The position numbers and the translations under genes were made by a program. A stretch of 62,585 nucleotides of DNA from a virus. Within the stretch, counting starts at the first letter, position 1. The number at the start of each line of letters is the position of its first letter. Of the stretch, positions 1 to 8,565 are shown in pieces. The DNA is taken from positions 1 to 62,585 of IMG/VR virus record IMGVR_UViG_3300002035_000001, one strand, 5' to 3'. The notes beneath the pieces were generated by a model. The model was not told the DNA's origin. It saw only the letters and a list, made by a program, of their open reading frames with translations, and made no database searches.

Positions 1-49
1 CCCAATCGTCATAGGCTGACACCGCAGCCCTTCCCCACTCCTCAGGGGA
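1..49. repeat. 49-bp exact terminal direct repeat (copy 1), identical to 62537..62585. Indicates a circularly closed or terminally redundant contig.
   Basis: cccaatcgtcataggctgacaccgcagcccttccccactcctcagggga occurs at both ends; compared base by base. Confidence 0.95.
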
Positions 50-1024
50 TCCTGATAGCGATAAGTCTTCTAATAAATACCCCTTGCCTTGTGCATCTCG
101 GCCTACTACCATAATTCCCGTTTCTGCAGCGGCGTCACTTATCTCTTTAGCGGGATCGATAGCAACTACAATCCTTACAAAGTGAGGTAAGATGATAGGG
201 GTTACACTATCCACAGGCCTTAGGCGAGTTTCCTCGATCATAGCCCTGTTCCAGAGTGCGCCGGGGGTATCATCCAACAGTTCAGCATTAAGCTCTTGTC
301 TACCAATACGAGTACCCTCGTATTTCTCGATAACCGCTTTAACAAAGGGAGGTGCTAAGTTTAGTAGGTTCTCTCGGGTGTTACCCTTAGTAATAGCGGT
401 ATCCGATCTTAGGATTATATCCTTTAACAGCCGGATCGGTCTAGGAGTTGTAGTAACAATCTGCTTGGGATGTTGTCCCAATCGCAATCCGAACTGAAGA
501 TTGTCCCACGCCTCTTGGGCGTATCTCCACTTGCAAAGCTCGTCGCACCAGGCACCGTCGAACTGCGGACCACGAAGCGAGTCATAATCCTCAGCGGAGT
601 AAAGGGTAGCAACAGCGCCGTTTGGCCAGGTAAGGCGTCTCTTAGAAGGCTCGTACTTAGGTCGGAAATCTCGTCTAGAACAGGCGAGGATCCCGCTCTC
701 ACCTTCCACCATAACGTCTCGAGCATCGGCGGAGTCTTCAGCAACAAGTGCAAGTCTTTTACACTGACCGCTCTCGACCCACTTAATAACTGTCTCTGCT
801 CCGCATCTAGTCTTTCCGAAACCGCGACCTGCCAGAATAAGCCAGGTAGTCCAGTGTTCTCCATTATCAAGAAGGGGCTCGGGCTCAAGTTGGTTGGGTC
901 TTGCCCAGAGCTCCCAGGTATGTAAGAGGTCATCTGCTTCCTCGTCGGTTAGATCATGGAGTTTATCAAGGTCTAAAGACTTAAGGTCTTCGTTACGCAG
1001 CTTTGTCCCGTCTACCTGAGCCAT
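1..1024 (-). CDS. terL: Terminase large subunit, N-terminal ATPase part. The gene runs off the left edge and continues at 62536 downward.
   Basis: Absent from the ORF track because it has no stop inside the window. Own translation from ATG 1024: MAQVDGTKLRNEDLKSLD...WLILAGRGFGKT (Walker A)...FDGAWCDE (Walker B)...GSPEEWGRAAVSAYDDW. It is in frame with ORF 61938..62558 through the 49-bp overlap; joined length 1623 nt (540 aa). Confidence 0.85.
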   Translation of the reverse strand, partial: MAQVDGTKLRNEDLKSLDLDKLHDLTDEEADDLLHTWELWARPNQLEPEPLLDNGEHWTTWLILAGRGFGKTRCGAETVIKWVESGQCKRLALVAEDSADARDVMVEGESGILACSRRDFRPKYEPSKRRLTWPNGAVATLYSAEDYDSLRGPQFDGAWCDELCKWRYAQEAWDNLQFGLRLGQHPKQIVTTTPRPIRLLKDIILRSDTAITKGNTRENLLNLAPPFVKAVIEKYEGTRIGRQELNAELLDDTPGALWNRAMIEETRLRPVDSVTPIILPHFVRIVVAIDPAKEISDAAAETGIMVVGRDAQGKGYLLEDLSLSGSPEEWGRAAVSAYDDW

Positions 1025-1520
1025 TCGCTCGGCGACGTTTGCTTCCTCGTTTTGGCTTAGCTGAACCCTCAGGGGCTGGGAGAAGGGGGGCTTCGGAATG
1101 TTTCTCATCCGATATTTCCGGGACTTCCTCATCTGGGGCCTGGAGAACCTTCCCTTCAGCCTGGAGCCTTGCAAGCTTATTGAGAAGTTTTGTTTTGCTG
1201 CCTTCGACACTAATTCCTCCACTCAGTTCAAGCTTACTTCCCCGATCAAACTTATCAGGACGGCGAGCTTTTAAGATCATAGCCATGAGAGCATCAGATT
1301 TCCTTAGTGCCCTCTCTGTGGCAGCATCTTCTATAAAGTCAGTTCCTTGTTCTTCAGCCTCATCCCAATCCTCAGCAAAGTTAGAGTCTGCCTGACGCCA
1401 GCTCTTAAACTGACGAGGAGTACCCCCCGCTGCCGCTGCCGCAAAGGATAAGGAGGATCCTACCGCTAACTGGTCAAGAAATAATTTCCTCCGTTTGAAT
1501 GTGCGAACGAACTGAGACAT
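993..1520 (-). CDS. Putative terminase small subunit
   Basis: 175 aa directly upstream of TerL and overlapping it. N-terminal HTH-like segment (LFLDQLAVGSSLSFAAAAAGGTPRQFKSWRQADSNFAEDWDEA) typical of small terminases, plus a basic C-terminal tail. Confidence 0.6.
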   Translation of the reverse strand: MSQFVRTFKRRKLFLDQLAVGSSLSFAAAAAGGTPRQFKSWRQADSNFAEDWDEAEEQGTDFIEDAATERALRKSDALMAMILKARRPDKFDRGSKLELSGGISVEGSKTKLLNKLARLQAEGKVLQAPDEEVPEISDEKHSEAPLLPAPEGSAKPKRGSKRRRANGSGRRDKAA

Positions 1521-1526
1521 AAGTAG

Positions 1527-1555
1527 TTGATCTCTTTTTAATAACTAACTATAAT
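1527..1555 (+). promoter_or_regulatory. Sigma70-type promoter for the 1590.. plus-strand genes
   Basis: TTGATC-17 nt-TATAAT, 35 nt upstream of ATG 1590. Confidence 0.55.
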
Positions 1556-1589
1556 ACGACAAGATCCCTTACAATAAGGATATACCGTA

Positions 1590-2111
1590 ATGACGCAGGC
1601 AGAAAAATCGCATATAGACGATAAAGAGAAAGTAAATACTCAAGCCAGCCTATTTCCCGATGTTCCGGCCTTCAAGAACTTCGAGATGTTAATAGAGTTC
1701 ATATTCGCGGGCAAGGCTAGGCTCAGCATTAAGTCACGAAAGACCCAAAAACATTTTACCTTTAGGATCTATCGAATATCCGATACTGATATATTTGCAG
1801 TTAGTTTTCTGGGGGGCAATGGCCACTACCACTATCTAGGATCTATCTTTGATCGGAAGGTATTTAACAAGACTAGAAAAACCTGTTCTTATTGCCTATA
1901 CCACCCCGCCTTCGAAGCTTTCAAGTGGTTCTGGAAAAAGCTTAATGGCTATGGCAAGATACCTCAGGATGTTGAAGTGTACCATGAGAAAAGATGCGGG
2001 ATGTGCGCTAGAAGACTAACAGACCCTGTTTCCATCCAAGAAGGCTATGGCCCTGAATGTAGAAATAAGCGGTTGCGTAGACCTTTTACTAGTGATAAAG
2101 GAAGATTATGA
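1590..2111 (+). CDS. DUF6011-like protein
   Basis: C-terminal CGMCARRLTDPVSIQEGYGPEC matches the C..C..LTDP.S...G.GP.C signature as I recall it. AAGGA RBS. Confidence 0.6.
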   Translation: MTQAEKSHIDDKEKVNTQASLFPDVPAFKNFEMLIEFIFAGKARLSIKSRKTQKHFTFRIYRISDTDIFAVSFLGGNGHYHYLGSIFDRKVFNKTRKTCSYCLYHPAFEAFKWFWKKLNGYGKIPQDVEVYHEKRCGMCARRLTDPVSIQEGYGPECRNKRLRRPFTSDKGRL

Positions 2112-2617
2112 ATATATTTGCAGTATCCCGTCATCCTCGAAAATGTGCTAGAGCCTTAGATGACAAGCGATTAAATAAGATGATCCTAGAGACCGCTCAA
2201 ATACTATGCACTGTGATTAATGAGCAATCGGGTGAACAAGTAACCCCTTATCGAAGTAGCCATAAAAATCACCCTATCACTCTATGGGCATCAAGCAACG
2301 AAGACTTAGCCCCTATTAGGTGGCTATATCGGTTAGGCATTGCTTACGGGGAGGAAATAATCCACAGGCGGGATCGCAAGCATGCTTGTCATAAAGTCAT
2401 TGAGGATCTTGCTGAGCGTTGGGTTTATCTCTCTATGATTGAGGAGGATTTAACCGAAGATCAGTTCTACAACGGTGCAAGACATAAGGGGTTAGGTATT
2501 GACTATAGCCATCTTCCCGTTTTTAAGGCTTATAGAAAATACCTCAATACTCGGTGGCCTGGGGATAAGCGTAAACCTGTATGGACTAATCGAAAGCCAC
2601 CATCATGGAAACAGTAG
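2108..2617 (+). CDS. Conserved phage protein of unknown function
   Basis: ATGA overlap with the upstream gene. N-terminus MNIFAVSRHPRKCARALDDKRLNKMILETAQIL...HKNHP resembles a widespread phage and giant-virus family whose name I cannot recall. Confidence 0.6.
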   Translation: MNIFAVSRHPRKCARALDDKRLNKMILETAQILCTVINEQSGEQVTPYRSSHKNHPITLWASSNEDLAPIRWLYRLGIAYGEEIIHRRDRKHACHKVIEDLAERWVYLSMIEEDLTEDQFYNGARHKGLGIDYSHLPVFKAYRKYLNTRWPGDKRKPVWTNRKPPSWKQ

Positions 2618-2621
2618 CTAC

Positions 2622-2656
2622 AAAAAAGGCTGACGGGAGAGAGGGGCCCGCCAGCC
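2622..2656 (-). terminator. Rho-independent terminator of the acidic-protein gene
   Basis: 10-bp stem with one mismatch (ggctgacggg / cccgccagcc), followed on the minus strand by TTTTTT. Confidence 0.55.
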
Positions 2657-2685
2657 TCTTCAGTGTCCCTTCCGAAAGGGAGCAA

Positions 2686-3078
2686 TCAGATCCGGGTACC
2701 GGACCGATCCGAGTCTGTATGGGTAGCATCGGTACCGTGGCCAGAAGCATCAGTTTGCAGACCATTGTTAGCGGCATTTGTAGTACCATGGGGAGCATCT
2801 GCATCCAGAGGAGTATCGGGGCCTTCATGGACTGCGGCCTCATCATTAACCGAAGGATCTTCCGCTTCTTCCTCGACTTCTTCCTCCGGGTCAGCAGGGT
2901 CTTGAGCTTTATCCTCAGCTACAGTATCCTCAGCTACAGTATCTTCCGCTTTGTCTTCAGCAGCTTCCTCAGCAGGGGCTCCATCTTCGGTAGCCTTATC
3001 GGCATCTGTTTGATTATTTTCTGTGGCATCGCCTTCGGCGGCAGCACCAGCAGTATTCTCTTGATTGAAAGTACTCAT
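2686..3078 (-). CDS. Highly acidic low-complexity protein (130 aa); DNA-mimic or anti-restriction candidate
   Basis: Strong RBS AAGGAGAATACC-ATG with its own promoter and terminator. Very D/E/A/T-rich, with a DTVAE tandem repeat (15-nt DNA repeat near 2916-2945). Confidence 0.7.
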   Translation of the reverse strand: MSTFNQENTAGAAAEGDATENNQTDADKATEDGAPAEEAAEDKAEDTVAEDTVAEDKAQDPADPEEEVEEEAEDPSVNDEAAVHEGPDTPLDADAPHGTTNAANNGLQTDASGHGTDATHTDSDRSGTRI

Positions 3079-3130
3079 GGTATTCTCCTTAGTTTATCCT
3101 GTAATACCCCGGGGCATTGTCGGTTGTCTA

Positions 3131-3159
3131 ACAATATCCCAATAAACCCAACTTGTCAA
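3131..3159 (-). promoter_or_regulatory. Sigma70-type promoter of the acidic-protein gene
   Basis: Minus strand TTGACA-17 nt-TATTGT. The 5' UTR contains the near-palindrome AATGCCCCGGGGTATT (about 3106-3122). Confidence 0.55.
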
Positions 3160-3169
3160 AGGATCATGT

Positions 3170-3421
3170 ATGGCTAAAAAATCAGACAAAGACTGGCTGG
3201 GACCTCCGCCGACCGACGGACTAAAACCCCTAGCTATAGCAAAACCTGGGAAAAGGGGATGGCGATGGAAGAAGATACCACAGTCGCGGGAGGACAAGTT
3301 GCTTAGGCGGCGATGGGAAAAGAAGATGGCAAAAGCAGACAGAAAAGGAGAGTGGGGATTTAAGTGGGATCCCAAGAAAGAACTTAAGAAGATCCGAAAA
3401 AGACTTAAGAAAGGAAGATAA
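3170..3421 (+). CDS. Small, very basic protein (83 aa)
   Basis: AAGGA RBS; K/R/W-rich; ends 1 nt before the thyX start. Confidence 0.5.
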   Translation: MAKKSDKDWLGPPPTDGLKPLAIAKPGKRGWRWKKIPQSREDKLLRRRWEKKMAKADRKGEWGFKWDPKKELKKIRKRLKKGR

Positions 3422-3422
3422 G

Positions 3423-4229
3423 ATGAATGTAAGTATAGTAAAAGACAGTATAAGTGAAGCAGGTGTTAGAATAACCACTTTTCATCTAAGGTACTGGAGA
3501 GCAATCCACTCAGAGCTAATGACTCATAGGGTATTTAGTAGAAATGCTCGATCCTCGAGAGCAGTTCCGGTGGCAACACTATTAAGCGAAGACAAGTTTA
3601 TCCCCCAGTTTGGTCTTAACAAGCCGGGGATGCAATCGACTGAGACTCCTAGCCCCGAGCTTCAAGCTAAATGGGAAAAAGAGTGGAACGAGCTTAGTGA
3701 TATTACTCGGGAGTATGTTAAGGCTTGGGGAGAAGAGGGTATGCACAAACAGCATGCTAATAGGCCTCTTGAGTGGTTTGGGTGGATTGATGTCCTAGTT
3801 ACTTCAACCTATTGGGATAATTTTTATGGACTACGTATCGATAGCTATGCCCAGCCGGAATTTGAAGAGTTAGCTACACTGATGCGGGCTGAGCAGAAGG
3901 GGTCTCATCCTCAATTACTCAAGCCCGGTCAATGGCATCTACCTTATATAACAGAAGATGACTTTAATCTATATCAACTCGAGCAGTTACAGAAACTATC
4001 AACTGCCCGGTGTGCTAGACTAAGTTATAGACCCTTTGATGGTCAGGATAGCTATGAAGCTGAGATGAGTAGGTATGAGAGGTTGGTAGTAAGTCAACCA
4101 GTCCATGCTTCCCCCGCAGAACATCAAGCAACTCCTCTAACCCAAGGGCAGGAAGGTAATACGGGTAATTTTCATGGATGGGTTCAGTACAGAAAGCTTC
4201 TTGACGATGAAGCTATTATGGAGAACTAG
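3423..4229 (+). CDS. thyX: Flavin-dependent thymidylate synthase ThyX-like
   Basis: THRVFSRNARSSRA matches the ThyX signature RHRxxSxxxxSxR except at the first residue. ASPAEH lies near the C-terminus. Confidence 0.75.
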   Translation: MNVSIVKDSISEAGVRITTFHLRYWRAIHSELMTHRVFSRNARSSRAVPVATLLSEDKFIPQFGLNKPGMQSTETPSPELQAKWEKEWNELSDITREYVKAWGEEGMHKQHANRPLEWFGWIDVLVTSTYWDNFYGLRIDSYAQPEFEELATLMRAEQKGSHPQLLKPGQWHLPYITEDDFNLYQLEQLQKLSTARCARLSYRPFDGQDSYEAEMSRYERLVVSQPVHASPAEHQATPLTQGQEGNTGNFHGWVQYRKLLDDEAIMEN

Positions 4230-4561
4230 TTCTTATCATTCGTATTTGTAAATGAAGAAAATAGGGCCTCAAGGAGCGGTCTCCATGATCGCTTCTTGAG
4301 GAAGTGAATAACCTCTTGAGCGGATATTGCAAAGATAGCAGTAGTTAATGCTCTAGCATCACTATCGACTATACCTAAGTATCGAGTTGCTACCGATGCA
4401 ACCAAGCCAATTAACCCTAATTGCATAAGATAACCAATAGTCTGAAGTAATGAGGGCATTCTTCCCTCGGCTAACATCCTACCGAAGTGAGCAACAGACC
4501 CAATAATCAAACCGGCAATGATAGCCCCATAGCCACCAAACAACTCTAGCATATACCTCAT
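4226..4561 (-). CDS. Small membrane protein (about 3 TM)
   Basis: Hydrophobic segments GGYGAIIAGLIIGSVA, LMQLGLIGLVASVA and ALTTAIFAISA. Confidence 0.5.
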   Translation of the reverse strand: MRYMLELFGGYGAIIAGLIIGSVAHFGRMLAEGRMPSLLQTIGYLMQLGLIGLVASVATRYLGIVDSDARALTTAIFAISAQEVIHFLKKRSWRPLLEALFSSFTNTNDKN

Positions 4562-4623
4562 ACTGAAACTCCTTAGTAGCTCCTATTTATACCTTCGGGG
4601 GATTTAAGAGAATACATAAGCGA

Positions 4624-4652
4624 TTGACACGTTATAGGTTGAATGATAGTTA
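4624..4652 (+). promoter_or_regulatory. Candidate sigma70-type promoter
   Basis: TTGACA-17 nt-TAGTTA upstream of ATG 4671. Confidence 0.4.
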
Positions 4653-4670
4653 TCTATAAAAGGAGATAAT

Positions 4671-5012
4671 ATGATGGCGCGTAAATGGAAAGGATTAAGA
4701 AAGTTAGCCGAGGAAGCAGGAGAGCTGGTAGTTGAATTGATGAAGCTCGATGCTTTTCCTACGGGCAACCATCCGGGACGTAAACGTAACGTGAAATTAT
4801 CTGTTGAGGATGAGATAGCAGACGTGCTAGCAGCAGCAGAGTACTTTATAGACAGGCATAAACTAGACAGGACCCGTATAGAAAAACGAAAGTATGTAAA
4901 ATACCGTAAATTCGTAGGCTGGTATGGTCAAATCAAGAAGCCTTCTGTAAAGCCTGTCAAGAAGACATCAAAAAAGTCGCCTAAGGCAAAGAAATCATCA
5001 AATAACGCATAG
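4671..5012 (+). CDS. MazG-like nucleotide pyrophosphohydrolase with a Lys-rich tail
   Basis: KLAEEAGELVVEL...VEDEIADVLAAAEYF pattern typical of small MazG domains. AGGAG RBS. Confidence 0.6.
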   Translation: MMARKWKGLRKLAEEAGELVVELMKLDAFPTGNHPGRKRNVKLSVEDEIADVLAAAEYFIDRHKLDRTRIEKRKYVKYRKFVGWYGQIKKPSVKPVKKTSKKSPKAKKSSNNA

Positions 5013-5103
5013 TTGCGTATAAAAACACCCAAAACACGCCTGAAACGTGCCCTGGGTCCCCAATTTCATACATTAGGTAAGTGATCGATAGTGCAATTTG
5101 TCG

Positions 5104-5484
5104 TTATCGATCATTAGAAGCAATTATAGCTGAATGTCGCGTTTCTTTACGCGCACTGTATAGATCACGCCACTTAATGAACTGCGCGTCCCTGTGTTCC
5201 TGTAAACAGAAACTATAATAAACACGATCATTACTTAAGAAGTAACCACAGGGTAGGTAATCGACCTGGGGTTCTACGCCTGATCCTCTAGGCCACAGTA
5301 TCGATAGATAGTAAGGCCTTTTCCTATTCTCGTTAAGGATCCTACTTGCGGCGGCATCTAGCTTTAACTTTGATATCCAACCTAGGGAAGAAGGATGAGG
5401 TATTAACTCCTCTACTCCCGTCGACTTGTTAGGTGACGAGAGCGGAGGCTGCTTCTTAGGTGTTCTTTTTCTTTTACGGGGCAA
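5104..5484 (-). CDS. Hypothetical protein
   Basis: TTG start preceded by AGGAG; co-oriented with a tightly packed block. Confidence 0.45.
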   Translation of the reverse strand: MPRKRKRTPKKQPPLSSPNKSTGVEELIPHPSSLGWISKLKLDAAASRILNENRKRPYYLSILWPRGSGVEPQVDYLPCGYFLSNDRVYYSFCLQEHRDAQFIKWRDLYSARKETRHSAIIASNDR

Positions 5485-5495
5485 AGGAGTAACTC

Positions 5496-5963
5496 CTAGT
5501 TAAGAGAGGGAGGAGCTTCGAGCTCAGGTAAAGACTTAAGCCAGTTTCGATACTGGAGTGTTTTAGTTGCTCCTTGATATCCTGATATCATATCAGCACC
5601 GGTTGATCGCTGCTCCCATAAAGTGATGCGGACGTTAGTCTTTAGTCGTTGAAGCCCTACAAGGCCTCCCATGACAGAGCCTATTGTTACTCCACATACG
5701 GTGAATTCTTGGCGGATCTCTTCGGGGTCTGCTCCTTTCCGGGGAGGCTGTTCCTCATCGACCTCAACAAAGCACCTAAAGCGAGAAACGGGGATAGCAG
5801 TATTTAACATGGCTTGGCATACTGCTAAAGCTACACCTAATTCCTCTATCCAAGCCTTGTCCCCGTCCGTCCACTCTTCAGAGTCTGGGCTCTTTTCCTG
5901 AAAGGCATTTCTACGCGAGTCACTTTCCGCTATCAATCGATTAATTGCTTCTACTGGTTGCAT
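5496..5963 (-). CDS. Hypothetical protein
   Basis: AAGGAGAAGACA-ATG RBS. Confidence 0.55.
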   Translation of the reverse strand: MQPVEAINRLIAESDSRRNAFQEKSPDSEEWTDGDKAWIEELGVALAVCQAMLNTAIPVSRFRCFVEVDEEQPPRKGADPEEIRQEFTVCGVTIGSVMGGLVGLQRLKTNVRITLWEQRSTGADMISGYQGATKTLQYRNWLKSLPELEAPPSLN

Positions 5964-5973
5964 TGTCTTCTCC

Positions 5974-6210
5974 TTAGTCTAAAAACAGTGTTGCGAGGCG
6001 GTTAAGGTTTTGACCATCCTCTTCAAATACGCGAGTCTGCTCTTCAAGTATCTCGATCATGTCCTCCTCTTCAGGCTCCTCATTCTTCATACGAGATAGT
6101 AAATCACGAGAAGTAGTTACTCGCTGCTTTTGCATCTCTGAATGAGTTAGTAATATAGATGCTACTTGAAGCTTATCATCCGCATTGATCTTTAGAGCCT
6201 GAATTTCCAT
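5974..6210 (-). CDS. Hypothetical acidic coiled-coil protein
   Basis: AAGGA RBS; 78 aa. Confidence 0.5.
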   Translation of the reverse strand: MEIQALKINADDKLQVASILLTHSEMQKQRVTTSRDLLSRMKNEEPEEEDMIEILEEQTRVFEEDGQNLNRLATLFLD

Positions 6211-6270
6211 AACTATTCCTTTGTTGTTTGTAGGTCAATTATACAACAGTAAAGAAACCTAACAACTACT

Positions 6271-7167
6271 TTAATCTGTGATGTCCCAGCCGGGCCTTAG
6301 GTCAATAAAGTTGGGATGACGAGGCTTATCCTTCTCCCCTACCTTCTGTTTCTTGCACTTCATTATTGCGCGGGCTTCCACCAACTCATCTCTTTGAAGC
6401 CAGAAGGACTTTCTCTGCTCAGCCGTAAATCCTCCGCCAACTCGGATCTCGACTTTATCCTTGAGGGTAAGGCCGATGAAGCCTCCAAGTGTCCCTTTTG
6501 GCTTTTTCCCTTTTTTCGATGACGACCTTTTGAGCTTCCCTGTCTTTTCCCTCTTCGCTTCATTGGTATTCTCCATCTCTTCGTAGTAACCAATAATGAT
6601 AGCTTCAAAATCTTCAAAAGGCTTTACCTTAAGCATCCCCTGTTGATTAAGAGTAGACTTACCTTGCTTATATTCTGCATCAGGATCCCGAGTAATAATA
6701 CCTTCAAAACCTCTCTCCAGGCACTCCTTAATATATTCTTCCAAATCCCAAAGATTATAGATTAACCGATACTCTAATGCTCTGATCCGAGGATTACCTG
6801 AAAGTCTAACTAACAGAGGAACATTATTAAGCCGGTCTATATAAGATTGCTGAGGCTCAAAGGTATCAAAGGCATAAAGATACCAATCAGGATCACCTTC
6901 TCGAGAGGTTAATCCACTCGAGGTCCGCTGCAGAACGCCTTTAGTGTTATATGCTCCACAGACGGCTTCAGTGTCTAAGATGCCCCGGGAAGGTAAGATG
7001 CCCCGGGTCTGAGACATAAAAGACTTGTTGGGAAATTCTGATAGCCGCGAAGTGTTAGCCCTGTGGGATAGGATACACCTAAACCCATCAATCTTAGGCA
7101 TAGCAATACAAGGAAATCTAACTAAGGTTAAGTCATCAACCTGGGCACCTTTCATAGGCCTCTTCAT
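6271..7167 (-). CDS. ATP-dependent DNA ligase
   Basis: Motif I KIDGFR, EGIITRD (motif IV-like) and LKVKPF (motif V-like). Confidence 0.85.
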   Translation of the reverse strand: MKRPMKGAQVDDLTLVRFPCIAMPKIDGFRCILSHRANTSRLSEFPNKSFMSQTRGILPSRGILDTEAVCGAYNTKGVLQRTSSGLTSREGDPDWYLYAFDTFEPQQSYIDRLNNVPLLVRLSGNPRIRALEYRLIYNLWDLEEYIKECLERGFEGIITRDPDAEYKQGKSTLNQQGMLKVKPFEDFEAIIIGYYEEMENTNEAKREKTGKLKRSSSKKGKKPKGTLGGFIGLTLKDKVEIRVGGGFTAEQRKSFWLQRDELVEARAIMKCKKQKVGEKDKPRHPNFIDLRPGWDITD

Positions 7168-7388
7168 TTTTTCTTCCTAACGGGGATATAGACAGTTACG
7201 GGTTTATACCCTAAAGCTTCTGGGATCTGAAGACCTGCTCCTTGTTTACCGTTTAACCAGGCAGAGACTACCTGAGGAGCTATGTTATTTTCTCGAGCCC
7301 ACTCTCCCAAGGTTCCTTCATCCTCTGCTGTTTTTCTTAATAGCTTCTTTAGCTTCCTCTCAGAGAGGGCTTTGGTAAGTCTGCTCAT
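7164..7388 (-). CDS. Small HTH DNA-binding protein (Cro/YdaS-like)
   Basis: GTLGEWARENNIAPQVVSAWLNGKQ helix-turn-helix pattern; ATGA-type overlap with the ligase gene. Confidence 0.6.
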   Translation of the reverse strand: MSRLTKALSERKLKKLLRKTAEDEGTLGEWARENNIAPQVVSAWLNGKQGAGLQIPEALGYKPVTVYIPVRKKK

Positions 7389-7442
7389 TTAATCTGCTCC
7401 GGGGGTTGGGGAGAACGTATTGCAGCCCTCCCCTAGTTGAGG

Positions 7443-7784
7443 CTAGTCACCAGTCTTAGTTTTTCCTGATTTACCTTTCGGCTTATCAGACTCAGTAGGC
7501 TTTTCCTCGGTCTTCTTGTCCTCAACCTTTTCCTGGGTCTTGGCCGGCTCTTCTGCAGCTTCTTCGGTAGCAGTATCATCACCCTGCTCAAAGTCAGACT
7601 CATTAGGCTGGATCTCATGGACCGTAAGGTCGGATGCGGACTCAACCTGAAAGGACTTCTCAGAGTTCCGGGAAACTCGAACTGAGGCTTCATTAATATC
7701 ATGCCCCTGCTCTCCTTCAGTCTTCTCGGTAAGAGTTACCCGACAAGGCCAAGCTCGAGTCTTGATGGTTACAGTGGTAGTCAT
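7443..7784 (-). CDS. Acidic protein (113 aa)
   Basis: AAGGAG RBS. Chosen over the alternate-frame ORF 7433..7702. Confidence 0.6.
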   Translation of the reverse strand: MTTTVTIKTRAWPCRVTLTEKTEGEQGHDINEASVRVSRNSEKSFQVESASDLTVHEIQPNESDFEQGDDTATEEAAEEPAKTQEKVEDKKTEEKPTESDKPKGKSGKTKTGD

Positions 7785-7863
7785 AGAAGATCTCCTTAAG
7801 CTATCGCGGAAATGCGACTATGAACACTAACGCGATTTAGTTAGAGTGTCAATATACCAAATA

Positions 7864-7977
7864 CTAGAACAAAGAGCATGCCCATCGCACTGCGGTAACT
7901 AACCCTGTAGCATAACCCCAAAGAACAACTATGGCGATTAAACCTACTTCCAGATAAAACAGAGATTTACGGATCAT
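7864..7977 (-). CDS. Possible 37-aa single-TM peptide
   Basis: Own translation MIRKSLFYLEVGLIAIVVLWGYATGLVTAVRWACSLF; AAGGA 8 nt upstream. Below the ORF-track size cut-off. Confidence 0.3.
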   Translation of the reverse strand: MIRKSLFYLEVGLIAIVVLWGYATGLVTAVRWACSLF

Positions 7978-8064
7978 TGCTGCATCCTTTTATCCATTTT
8001 CCTACTACTATACCCAGAAGTACTGAGACTCCTAGGTATAATATAACCCAAATTGGGCCGGGCA

Positions 8065-8226
8065 TTAGAGCTCCTTTATCTCCACAGTCAAGGTCTTCGG
8101 AGCTTCATCCTTGAAGGCAGCTTTCTTGATATATAAAGACGGGATCGGCGCGGTGTCGTTACTGTCCTTATATACGTGAGTGCCCTTTGTTTCTCGGTCG
8201 TGGGTCATAGTTACCTTGAGTGCCAT
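8065..8226 (-). CDS. Small protein (53 aa)
   Basis: Own translation MALKVTMTHDRETKGTHVYKDSNDTAPIPSLYIKKAAFKDEAPKTLTVEIKEL; AAGGAGAAAACCA-ATG RBS. Confidence 0.5.
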   Translation of the reverse strand: MALKVTMTHDRETKGTHVYKDSNDTAPIPSLYIKKAAFKDEAPKTLTVEIKEL

Positions 8227-8305
8227 TGGTTTTCTCCTTGTTGGCGGTATCGATTAACAAGCTCATTATCGTATTATTAGTAGGTTATGTCAAATAACTT
8301 ATTCT

Positions 8306-8557
8306 CTACAGCTCTTCCGCTACACCTCGGACATAAGAAACTGTAACCTCGACAATAACATAAGCCCGAGGACCGTGAGGAACCTTGTTGCGAGTTAAAG
8401 CCATCCACTTTTCCTTTATCTCCCCATAAGTAAACCCCGGCGGGGTAATAAAACCGTAGACAAGCAATAACCCATTGACCATAGCACCTTGAGGGGTATC
8501 ATGGACACTGTTATTAAAGATCTCGTCTCTTTTAACGTCTTGAACTGCGTAAGGCAT
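8306..8557 (-). CDS. Hypothetical protein
   Basis: AGGAG RBS; follows the fic gene. Confidence 0.5.
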   Translation of the reverse strand: MPYAVQDVKRDEIFNNSVHDTPQGAMVNGLLLVYGFITPPGFTYGEIKEKWMALTRNKVPHGPRAYVIVEVTVSYVRGVAEEL

Positions 8558-8565
8558 AAAGTCTC

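Noticed and set aside
192-933. ORF-track ORFs 192..497(+), 424..933(-) and 470..925(+)
   Set aside because: All lie inside the TerL N-terminal coding region in other frames or on the other strand. They have no motifs and junk-like composition. The TerL frame shows Walker A and B.
3076-3094. 19-nt identity catggtattctccttagtt, also found at 35219..35237
   Set aside because: Both copies are the translation-initiation regions (AACTAAGGAGAATACC-ATG) of two genes. This is most simply a shared optimal SD context rather than a mobile or recombination element.
2586-3177. ORFs 2605..3177(+, 190 aa), 2663..2905(+) and 2586..2846(-)
   Set aside because: They are mirror or alternate frames of the low-complexity acidic gene 2686..3078(-). 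Only that gene has a strong SD, promoter and terminator.
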